From NCBI RefSeq assembly GCF_009914755.1, contig NC_060935.1: a stretch of DNA of 64,000 nucleotides; one strand, 5' to 3'. The stretch is from the human T2T-CHM13v2.0 reference genome, Homo sapiens. The notes under the pieces were generated by a model. The model did not search any database. It worked only from the letters and a program-made list of their open reading frames with translations, and was not told the origin of the DNA. Of the stretch, positions 28,918 through 39,830 are shown piece after piece. Position 1 is the first letter of the stretch, and each line of letters begins with the position of its first letter. Made by a program: the position numbers and the translations under genes.

Positions 28918-29093
28918 ATAGAATGGGAGAAAATATTTGCAAACCACCTATCTAACAAAAGACTAGTATCTGGAATATATAAAGAATTCTTAAAACTAAA
29001 CAGTGAAAAAAATAATTCAGTTGGATGATATGTAAAAGACATTTCAATGAAGAATATACACAAATGGCAAATAAGTACATGAAAAGATGTTCA
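28918..29093 (+). mobile_element. L1 fragment, probable local duplicate of 27641-27818
   Basis: ATAGAATGGGAGAAAA...CAGTTGGAT...AAATGGCAAATAAG shared with 27641-27818. Confidence 0.8.
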
Positions 29094-29516
29094 TGTGCTT
29101 TTATCACTAATTTGAGATAGCATCTGATCATTCAAAAAATTCTTACATTTACTTATACTGTGCATATTTTGTCTTTTATATCTGTCTCCTTTACATTTTT
29201 ATTTATCCCTGTGTGTAAGAATCACTATCATAAGGCATTTAGGGCCAAGAAAATGTTCCCAGTGAGAATTACTAGTCACCTACCTTGCTATCCATGAACT
29301 CACTAGCTGGGTAAACTTTGACAAGTAGAGGTCTCTGAATCTCAGTTTATATACCTATAAAATAGAACTAAAATACAATTCTACTTATTACATGTAGCAT
29401 ACTGAGATCCTCTTTCTTCAAAAGCTTACTAAGGCAAAATTTTGTAAGAAGTGATGATTACCTTGTTTAGCCCTTCCAAGCACCACCATGTTGTTTATAA
29501 CAATCTTTACAAAAAA

Positions 29517-29880
29517 AAACTTTTGAATTTTGAGATAGTTTTGGATTTACAGAAGAAGTATAAAAATGGTACAGATAGTTCCAATATATCTTTCACTCAG
29601 CTTCTTCTTATGGTAATGTCCTATGTAACCATAGGACAATTATCAGAACTAAGTAACCCCAGTACAATACTAATGTCTAAACTATAGACTTTATTAAGAT
29701 TTCACCATATTTTTCTACTAAGGTCCATTTACAATTCCATGATCCAATTCAGGATCCCATACTGCATTTACTTGTCATGCCTCCTTAGTGTTCTCCAATC
29801 CATGACAGTTTCTAAGTCTTTCCTTGTTTTTTATGACCTTGACACTTTTGAAGAGTACTGCTCAGTTATTTTGATAATAG
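29517..29880 (-). mobile_element. L1MC/MB-type 3' UTR fragment
   Basis: TTTTGAGATAGTTTTGGATTTACAGAAG...TTCAGGATCCCATACTGCATTTA...CCTTGACACTTTTGAAGAGTACTG. Confidence 0.8.
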
Positions 29881-29934
29881 CCCTTTTCTCTCAAAATAGT
29901 TATTTTTTAAATCAATAGCATATCATTGGGTTCC

Positions 29935-30125
29935 ATTTTGTTTTTTCCAACAGCTTTATTAAAATATAATTGACAAATTGAAATTTTATATATTCATCAC
30001 CTCACCTGGTTACCATTTGTGCATGTGAAAACATTTAAATCTATTCTCTCCACAAATTTCAAGTATATGACATATTTATTACTATGCTCCCCATGCTGTA
30101 CATTAGGTCTCTAGAACTTATTCCT
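29935..30125 (-). mobile_element. L1MA 3' end fragment
   Basis: CAGCTTTATTAAAATATAATTGACAAA...CATGCTGTACATTAGGTCTCTAGAACTTATTC. Confidence 0.8.
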
Positions 30126-30175
30126 TCCTACATATGGGTGTGGCTGGTAGACACATAGAACTAAAAGCACCACTT

Positions 30176-30479
30176 TTTTTTTTTTTTTTTTTTTTTTGAG
30201 ACAGAGTCTCACTCTGTCATCCAGGCTGCAGTGCAGTGTTGCGATCTCGGCTCACTGCAACCTCCGCCCCCTGAGTTCAAGCGATTCTCCCACCTCAGCC
30301 TCCTGAGTAGTTAGGAGTACAGGCATGCACCACCACACCCAGCTAATTTTTGTAGTTTTAGTAGGGACAGGCTTTCACCGTGTTGGCCAGGCTGGTCTCA
30401 AACTCCTGGCACCAAGTGATCTGCCCATCTTGGCCTCCTAAAGTGATGGGATTACAGGTGTGAGCCACTGCACCCGACC
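30176..30479 (-). mobile_element. AluS
   Basis: Full dimer with T-run; TSD TAAAAGC(A/G)CCACTT at 30162-30175 and 30480-30493. Confidence 0.95.
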
Positions 30480-31230
30480 TAAAAGCGCCACTTGATACTG
30501 ATCTTTCCTACTGGCAGAGATGGGATTCCAGGGTCTTAATTATTATTTGTGCATTTTGGTTTCCACAGGCAAAATGAAAGGTAGGCTAAAAGCTTCAAGT
30601 TGTTTCCTAAAAGAAGAAGAAAAACGATGTAACTCTCTGCTCCTCTCCCCCCACACAACTGCAAAGGGTTAGCTTAGGACCATGAGTGAAACTTCCACAC
30701 TTCCTTAATTTCACACATTATGCATAGTTACTATTAGCACATGTGCTTCCAATCACCCCCATCTTACAAACAGTGCAAATGTGGGTGCTAAGAGAATTGA
30801 ACCTGCCAAACATATTTGACATCACAATGCCCTTGGAAAAGCTATCCGCTAAACCCGGATATATATGTACATCTCAGCAGTTCTATTTTATTAAACTCAC
30901 AACATTTCCACCCAATTTAAACTCACTGTGATAGCACACGTCGTGACGGATTTGGGTGGTGGTTTCCTTTCCAGTTGGCTCTAAGAATAATGTATTAAGC
31001 CAGACCACAATCAGATGCCAAGCCCATGATTAGCTTTCTCTCTCCACTTGGGTCGCTTTTGTTTTTTGAGCAGATATGCAGTGCTGGATACAGCCATTTG
31101 TGGGTGGGCTGAGGATGGGCTCTGTTAAAAGAGATGTGATAATGGCTGTGAAAATCCATTTTAAGTGCTGCAACCCTTGTTGCTTTAAATGTTATCTGTG
31201 AATTTCCTGCTAAGGGTTGCATTTCTGTAA

Positions 31231-31565
31231 TAGTGATTGCAAACTGGTGGCCCCTGGGCCAAATATGGCTCACAGATGTGTTTTATTTGGCCAGCTCAGT
31301 GTTATAAAAGCATCTGAATTTGTGGCCAATATTTACATATTAAGAGATGCTACACAAAAATCTAGATTTCGGTCTTCTCATGAGAAACTCGATGTGACCA
31401 CATTGGGCCCACTTTTCCATGTGGCAACAATTGGCTGGGGCTGAGTTGCAGCTGGCTCTTTGAGACAGAGTATGTACCATCTGGTTAGCATAATATCTAT
31501 CCAGCTCACTTCTCCCATTTAGGTAACTTGCTGCATCTCTGTGAGTGTTTAGATTTTCAACACTG
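31231..31565 (+). mobile_element. MER102-type hAT-Charlie MITE
   Basis: GCAAACTGGTGGCCC...CAGATGTGTTTTATTTGGCC...TGGCAACAATTGGCTGGGGCTGAG; ends CAACACTG. Confidence 0.8.
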
Positions 31566-31668
31566 GTTTATCAAGATCAAGAGATCAAAGATCAAGAGAT
31601 CTTAATTATCTAAGCTTCTGGTTAGACCAAGTAAGAAAATGCATGATGAGAAAAGAAAAAGTATGATA

Positions 31669-32138
31669 AGTCTTAGTCTAGGTTTCTTCAAAAGTAGACC
31701 TTGAAAGAAGGATTCAAGTGCAAGTAGTTTATTTGGGAAGTGAACCCAGGAAACACTGGCAGGGAAACGCAGTAGAGCTGGAGAAGAGAAGGCAACCATA
31801 AAGAATGTAATGTCAAGCAAGTAACTGCCGTAGTCACCTGAAGCTTCATCCTCCTAGAGGATTGTAGGAGATAGTGTAAAGTAGGAGCCTCAGAGTCACC
31901 CCAGCAAGGGGCAAGAAAGTAGGAAAATTCATTTGCCATTTCCATCAGGTATTGGTTGATGGCTCTCCGAAGTAGCAAATCAGCATTTCTAGTCTTCCAT
32001 GGCTGTGCACAGATTGTCTCTAGAAGTCAGAGAAAGCTCTCAGGCAAACGTGCCCCAAATTGTAAATTAGTGCTATAAGCACTGAAATGTAAGACCCAGG
32101 GGGATATGTGAAGGGTACCAGCAGTACCAGCCACAACA
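31669..32138 (-). mobile_element. MLT1H/I/J-type MaLR solo LTR
   Basis: GTCTTAGTCTAGG...GGATTCAAGTGCAAGTAGTTTATTTGGGAAGTGA (reverse AATAAA), ends CCACAACA. Confidence 0.8.
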
Positions 32139-33451
32139 TGCTTCCAAGGAAGGGTGCAATGATGATTTTGTCCCAGAGAATAGAAAGGAAGCACTTGGTA
32201 TTTGCTGACCAGCAACACAAACTTTCTCTCCCTCATGATAACTGCTCATCCTCTGGAGCAAGTCCTAAAGTCCCCCAAATAGGCCTTCACTTCCTGCTGC
32301 TCACTTCTAGTTCCTGAGTAAAAGGATGTATCATCCAAACTGTCCAAAGCAAAAGAATCGTAAGGATACTAAGAGTGTCTTTTGAAGTTGACAATGGGCC
32401 TTCGTCCCCTTATTCTTGGCTTGTATTTCTTTATTCCAAAGCAAGGACATTTCAGCACTTTCCATAGTGAGCCAATGATCAGAATCCAGATGTGAGTAGG
32501 CTGCCTTCATTTTCTGATTGCTAACAATGGTGAGTCATATGAGGATTGGATGTGACTCAAACATGAGCCCAGTGCATGTGAATGCTTCAGTCATGCCAAT
32601 GTTTCCTTTGGTGAGAATCCCTCCTAATGTCCAAGCATAGCGATATGTTTATAGTAATTGTTTTTCACTAGAATAGCAGAAAATTATGTTATGTAACTAT
32701 TTACATTGATTTTCAATTACTAATTGATCCAATCCTGCTGCTATGACAACTGGCGGCACTCAGTTACCCGATGAAAACTGACTATAATCTCCTAAAGAAT
32801 AAGGGCAATATTGCCAGCACTTACAATCTGCATGTAGACAGTACGTTCTTGATGAGTCCCATTACTCATTCTTTGCTGTTTGGCACATCATAAGTGCTTA
32901 AGAATTGTATATTTGCTCCACATTTCTCTTCCTCCCTTTCTCTCCTCCCTTTTTGCCTCAGTTTATCATTAGAGGTGGAATCGGGGGTTCATAAAAGAAC
33001 ATTCTAGATCATGATATGTAGAAACAAGTTAAATGGGGTGGGAAACTACTAATTCCTTGAACATTAGGTGTCTAAGAAGGGATTTTTTTTTTTTTTTTTT
33101 TTTTTAGGTCCAGTATGTTTTCCTGATCAGGGAAAGACTCTAAATGGCAACAAGCTGGGCTAGACATAATGCCACTTCAAGCCCTGGGTAGCCATAATAT
33201 TCGATATTGACCCTTGGCTTATGGAATTTTTTGTCAAGTTGATTTTCTCTTTGGGGAAACCTTCTTAATGTGATTTTATTAGGGTTAAACTGTAATAGCA
33301 CAGAAAATTATTAAATACATAGCAATTATATTCAGATTCAGGTACTCAAGAGAAACTGTACAAAGTCAATCCACATTGATGACATTGTTGATTATTATTT
33401 TGTACAATTGTTCAAGAAGAGTGTGCCCATTCAGAATTGAGCCAAATAAAA

Positions 33452-33759
33452 CAGTTGACCCTTGAACAACATACGGGTTATGGGCACTGGCCCACCAGAC
33501 AGCTGAAAATCCACATATAACTTTTGACTTAACTACTACTAATTTAACTACTACTTAAATACTGCTAGCCTTCTTTTGACCAAGAGCCTTGTTGACAACA
33601 TAAACAGTAGGTTAACCCATATTTAGTAGGTAGCATATCATATGTACCTACTGTCTCAAGGTGTCTTGAGACACCCTTGCTGTCTCAAGGGTGGCAGAGA
33701 TGGAGGAAAATCCATGTATTGGACCTGTGTGTTCAGTCCATGTAGTTCACGGGTCAACT
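33452..33759. mobile_element. Tigger2-family (TcMar) internally deleted element
   Basis: TIRs CAGTTGACCCTTGAACAACA and TGTAGTTCACGGGTCAACT; internal GAAAATCCACATATAACTTTTGACT. Confidence 0.88.
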
Positions 33760-34409
33760 ACAGAACATTGATTCTCAAGTGGCATGGAAGATGTGAGTGT
33801 CAGTAAAGCTGTGGGCAGGGGAACTATAGTGAGAAAACATGCCAGAATCACCTGCATAACTTTTTCAAACTACAAGTCTGCTCACAGCCTGGTGCCTGAT
33901 TCAGGGAGTTCTGGTCTGGTATGTCACTGAGCAACAACCTCTGGAATAAGGATGCTGTGCATGCCTAAAGAAAGCATAGGTTCTTCTCTCTGCTTATCCC
34001 AGGGTGGAGGGGCCTCCTGTTGGCAAGAAGTGCCCTGGACATAACAGGACTGCCTTCCCAATGGGGGTATCATGTATTGCTCAGGAAGGCACAGAGCCAG
34101 TAGCCTCAATGAAGGGCAAGCCCCTCTTTGTGCAGACCCCACTGGTTATGACTCTGAGGCTCACAGAAAGTTCCACTCACTGAAACCCCACCAGAAACAA
34201 TCAGTCCCAATATAGCGTGAAAGAAGAGCTTCACTTAAAAACCATCATTAAAACTTTCACTCCCACTATCACTATGTTGTTAGCACCCTCAATTAAAGCA
34301 GAGATTTCCCTCCTGGAAATCACTATGAGTCTGTTACAATCACTAGGTCCCTGATACAATGAAAATATTTTCCTTGAAAGAGGCAACATTCATCCAGAAT
34401 TACCATTGG

Positions 34410-34620
34410 ACCTATATTTCATATGAGGGATATTGCTTATAACCTCTCATTGAGTACTATGCATCCGTTATAATAATTCTTGAAAACCACTATAGGATGT
34501 TGATATTCTTATTCCTTTCTGCAGATAAGGAAACCTAGGCTCCATTAAGGTTCAGAAACTTGCCTCCAAGATGTCATAGAGCTATTAGGTGTAAGACCCA
34601 TCACTCCTGTACACCAGTGT
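34410..34620 (-). mobile_element. MIR
   Basis: TGCAGATAAGGAAACCTAGGCTC...ACTTGCCTCCAAG. Confidence 0.65.
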
Positions 34621-35244
34621 GGATTATCTCAGGCAAGCCATCATTACCTACTAGGGAGGAAGGAATGGTCATAAGAGAGATGGGGACAGCTCCAGCATTC
34701 TGTATATGGGGGTCTTCGGGATGACAATCTGGTTGGGGCAACATGGAGGTGGTTTTTTTTTTTCTTTCCAGAAAATTCTCTTGGAAGCTATGGTTACATT
34801 GCAAACTCATATTTTAAAAAAACTCAGTTGGAGTGACTTGAAGAGGAGATTGATGGAACTTATAGGGGAGTCTAAGATCACCAACCACCCCTGAGTAATG
34901 ACCTTAAGCCACCATTAGGTTTATCCAATAGCATTTGTTTAAGCAGTTTCCATGTGCCAGGCTCTATGCTGGAAACACACAGTTGGCCCTTTGCTTAAGT
35001 CACTCAAGAAAACCAGGGGGAAAGAAGTAGCACTGACAAAATTATGTCATCATTTGAAAGGTGGCAATTCAGAAATATCCAAGATTCACAGTAAGAGTAA
35101 ATCCTATGGCTTTCCTTTTTATGGTTCTAATCTAAATGATCATTATCATCTCTCAGGACTAGAGATTTTATTTTTCTCACAGAGTATGTGGTCTCCAGGC
35201 ACACAGCTTGCATAAATCCTGAACACATTCCTCAAGGCTTTATG

Positions 35245-35245
<1 letters not shown>

Positions 35246-35298
<53 letters not shown>

Positions 35299-35325
35299 GA
35301 ACAGAGAGAGAGACAGAGAGAGAGA
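35246..35325. repeat. (TG)n followed by an (AG)-rich microsatellite
   Basis: About 23 TG units, then GAGAGAGAGACAGAGAG. Confidence 0.97.
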
Positions 35326-36084
35326 ATGTTACAGGGAGGATGCATGACTCCCTGCTGTGATCTGACAACATTCAGGAAATTTAGAGTTAACATTCTTACA
35401 GTCAGCAGTCGCATAGGAGACTGGGCCTCAATCTCTGCATTCCTGGGCTGTCGTCGGCTTCACGATTTCAATGTGCCTCAGTGTCTGTTTTGTATTTAAC
35501 TCTGCCCCACATATAACACCACAAGACCTGTCCGTGGTTTTGCTGTTAGAGAATGGTTAATATCTAAAGAGGGTGGGTGCCCTCACCAAGCACCCCCAGG
35601 GGAGATCTCAAGCTAGAAAGATAATGATCACTTTCATGGAGAAAACCACACAGGCACAAACACCAGAAACTGATATTTAAACCCCGAACTCATAAGGGAC
35701 CCCACGTTTTCACATTAGCTGGCTTTGTCTGTTTCTCCTCATCAGCAAACATATGCTCTCCATGGAACCAGCCCAGCCCATCTGAACCAGTTACTATTTC
35801 TGTAAGAAGTAGGAGGGGGAGGAGAAAGGGAGAAGAAATTTTACATTACCATTCTCATGCGGTGCTATAAATATTTGCCACAGAAAGCCATGAGGTCTCA
35901 TTTGCATGAATGATACCACAAAAGCCAACTGTGCCTCTGTGAACTAAGGCCTCTCTCACTCTGTCCTGAGTGCACTGCTTAAATATTGGGGTGGGCTCTT
36001 TGATTAGAGAGATCTTAGTTTGACTCCCAGCTCTACAACATAACATTGTATGACCTTGAGAAACGTAATTGACTTCCATTTCCC

Positions 36085-37070
36085 AATTTCAACTATCCCA
36101 TTCTCTCACTACCGTCTTCTACCTGCCAATTCCCTGCCACCACCAGTAGTTCAAAAACACTTTGACTCCTACCAAGATCTTGTTTTATTGATCTATACAA
36201 GTGTTTCACCATCCCTTACCTCTTGCATGGCCTCCTTTTATTCATTATTCATTTAAAAACTCCACGGCCATTCAGTAATTCTTGAGTGTATTTTTAATTT
36301 CCTTGTCCCTCTCCCTTGGCATATTTGCTTGGCTAAATGAGAAACCTAGTTACATCCACCTCTTTGCCTCTTCCTCACCTGAGCCTGTAGCGTTGGACAT
36401 GTTTGGAGAAAAACACATAATCTTACTGACTAGTCTCATTAAGTTTATGACTACCATCTTCAGCTGTGCCTTCTGCTGCCTGGCAACCACTCTGCCTCCC
36501 TAGCCAGTTCACCGTCTCATTTTCCTAGCTGAGGATCTCATACGTCCTCTGTTCTCTTAAACCCCCTACCCCCACTCTCCCTCTCAATTACTGGCTTTGC
36601 TTCCTGCTTTCCCGAGAAAAATGAAGAGAGAATTTCCACAAACTCCCACTTCCGCCTCTACCCATCTCCCTATATCTCATTTCTGTTAATGTGGATGAAC
36701 ACACTCTGCTCTCAGCTGAGCAAACCTTGCCACTTCTTTCTCTCGTGCATCATAGGATTTTTTTTTTCTGTATTCAAACTGTTCCCATACTAGCATGCTG
36801 TTATTCCGTTTTACTAAAAATCTTTCTTTTGACTCCACTTTCCTCTGTAGCTATAGCCCCCATTTCTCCCTTTCCCTTTATAGCAAAACTCTTTGAAAGA
36901 GCAATCTATACAATAGTTACTGTCTCTAGATTCTCCCAACTCTTTCTTGAACACATTCAAATCAGGGTTTTGCTCCAGTGAAAGCATTCTTATTAAGACC
37001 ACCAATAACTTCCATGTTTCTAAATGTAATGCTATGCACTCGGTAGATATTCTTGAATGATGAATGAATC
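36085..37070 (+). mobile_element. L2 body fragment
   Basis: CCCTTTCCCTTTATAGCAAAACTCTTTGAAAGAG...TTATTAAGACCACCAATAACTTCCATG; ends TGAATGAAT. Confidence 0.7.
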
Positions 37071-37744
37071 ACTCTAAACCTCATTTTCTTCATATGTAAA
37101 ATGACATAATAATATCTACTTTTGATATTTGTTGTGGGGACTGATGTACTATAGGCAAAGAATTTCACAGAGTAAGTGCTAAATTATATATTAAGCAAAA
37201 GACATTTGCTACATTTTGAGAGGAAATATTTACCTGCAAAGACTCTGCAGCTTCTTTCAATGCTGAACCTTCAGTGAAAGGTGTTGCCCACACCAGTAAC
37301 CACCCCTTGCTCTTATGAAAAGATTTCCTCCCATTCCTCTAAAGATGGCAACTTTCATTTTCCTAAATTGGATATTAAACTTTGATATGTTGGAAGATGT
37401 GAATGTATGTTGTTTGCTGATGAAATTGTGGGGCTTCCTTCCAGTGAGGGGAAGGGCGAGACATCTGGGTTGAAGAGACATCAGCACACTGAGTTTGTTC
37501 ATTAAGTAGGACCTCCAATATATATGCAACCATTTGAAAATAATTGAAATCTGTTGGGGAAGAGAGAAAGAGAGAGGCATGCAAGGATAGATGGCTGATA
37601 ACTGAGCACTGCACCTATTTGGTTGAAGACAGTAAAAGGACGGAATGGTCCAGCCAAACTCATTGGCAAGTAGGTGAGCCAGGGGAAGGACTCTAGATTA
37701 AACATTTCTCTCCAAGACTCCCATCATACCCTGCTGGAGGGAAT

Positions 37745-38270
37745 ATGCATTCCTAAAACTTTTGGGGCCAATTTGACAACATGTTTTTAAAAAGTTTGAA
37801 ACACGCATGTTCTTTGATCTAGTCATTCAATTTCTAGGAATTTATTCTAAGGAAATAATTATAGATAAGCACAGAAGTTTAGTTACAAGACAGTTTGCTA
37901 CAACATGGCCCATACTATGGTTTAAAAAAAAACTAGAAAAATATAAATGTTTACCAATAAGGAATTGGTTAAATACATCATTTATTCAGTTTAATGATAT
38001 TCAATGAAGTCATTAAAAATATGCTGGAGATTATATTACATGATGTTGAAATATGTTCACAATACATTGTTAAGTGAAAAAATCAAGTTGCAAAACATTA
38101 TGTAGAGAATGATTTACATTTTTATAAGTTTTTAAGAAAAAAGTTTGAGAGACTTTGTAACCAAATAGTAATAGTTGTGGGATTACAAGTGATTTTCATT
38201 TTCTTCTTTTTACTTATTTATATTTTAAAATTTTTCTACAAGTGTGCATTACTTGTGTAGTAAAAGTTAA
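37745..38270 (+). mobile_element. L1ME 3' end
   Basis: TTTCTAGGAATTTATTCTAAGGAAATAAT...TTAAGTGAAAAAATCAAGTTGCAAAAC. Confidence 0.8.
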
Positions 38271-38809
38271 ATCCATAGAGAAAAGTTCTCTCTCTAGTCA
38301 GTATAGGACCTTTTGTTCTTTCTCCTGGCCCCTAATGATCATATGCAAATGGACCGAGACTGAAGATACACACAAGTTAATAGGCATACAGCAAGAGGGG
38401 AGTGACTTGATATTTTTAAAGAATGTCCATCCATCATTCATTTGCCAAACATTGATGTGTGAACCATGTTTGGCACTATACAAGTATCTAGCCAGCAATG
38501 AGATTAACGTGGCCTCCCATCCTCATGTAGTTTTTCATTTACTAGAGAAAACAGATAGTAAGCAAATAATTATGCAAATATGGGAATTGTTACAGAAGAA
38601 AAATTTAGTTGTAACAGAGCACATAGAAGAATTTAACCCAGTCTGCAGGGTGAAACTCTTCGGGTTTTAGATACATGGGAAGGAGCACTCCGGACTGATT
38701 TCTGCCTTTCTGATTTCTCCCATGATGTGTCTAAGGGAAACTGCCAGTGTGATCGGACTGGACAATGTCCTATTGCTGGTCTCTAGAGTTATTATAGAAT
38801 CACAGTTCC

Positions 38810-38960
38810 CAGCCATTCCACTTGTCAGGAGCCAGGAGACCTGCCTGGTTCAAGTCCCAGCTCTGCCGCTTCTAGCTGTGTGACCTCATACAAGTCACTT
38901 CATGTCTGGTTTTACTCTCAATATTTACAGAATGAGCTGATTGGTTTAGACAACTCAACA
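38810..38960 (+). mobile_element. MIR
   Basis: TGGTTCAAGTCCCAGCTCTGCCGCTTCTAGCTGTGTGACCTC. Confidence 0.75.
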
Positions 38961-39049
38961 ACAACAAAAAGTCTGGGACTGTATGACTTCAGAGGGCCAG
39001 AAAGACTCATAAGAGAGGGAAGAGACCCTGGCTTGGGAACGGGTCCAAG

Positions 39050-39830
39050 GGTAACTAACCCGCCTTGGTTAAGGTGGGGTGGGAAAAATTAGAGAAGATT
39101 CCCAGAAGGGGACTCAGGTCTTGAAAGATGAACAGGAATTTGCCAACACGGGATCCTGAGGCTGGGGCCAAGGCCTGAGTGTTCATGCGGCAGGAGCTCA
39201 ACTGAGGTACAGGAAGAGGGGCCACTGAAAGTGAGTGTGGAGAGAGGATTGTGCTCTAAGGCAAAGCAGAACCATCAACGTTTGAAGTAAAAAGAACTAA
39301 TAGAAACAGATCTGCCTATGGTGTTGAGGACATTTGAGAGGGCCAGGCTGGAAGCAGGGATACCAGTGAGAAGACTGTCGGAATAGTGCCCAGTCAGAGT
39401 GAGACACAAGAGGAGGAGATGGGAGAGAACATGAAACTGGACACTGCAGGTGGAGACGGGTCTTGGCAGCCAGCTGACCAAATTCAGGGAGGCAGGCGCG
39501 TGGCCTGGTCAACTGGACAGACTTATGGCAACCAGGAGGAGGGATCGGCTTGGGGTGGGAGAAATTATGGATTCCACATTGGTCACATTCAGTTTGAGAT
39601 GCTGTTCAGAAGCTGAAGTGGAGATTTCCAACAGGGAGTTAGATGTTCAAAAGCCCCAGAGGTAGGTCTGTGTGGAAGACATATTTGAAAGCCTCAGCTT
39701 AGTACCCATTCATTGAAATCATGAGCATAGGCAAGACCACCAGTGAGGAAATGGGACCAGCAATGAACTTCAGGAAACTAATATTTAAGGAATACATGGA
39801 AGAAAGGGAGCCAACAACAGCGAAGCTCGA
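39050..39830 (-). mobile_element. L2 body fragment
   Basis: CTTGAAAGATGAACAGGAATTTGCC...GCTGGAAGCAGGGATACCAGTGAGAAGACTG...CAGTTTGAGATGCTG. Confidence 0.75.
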
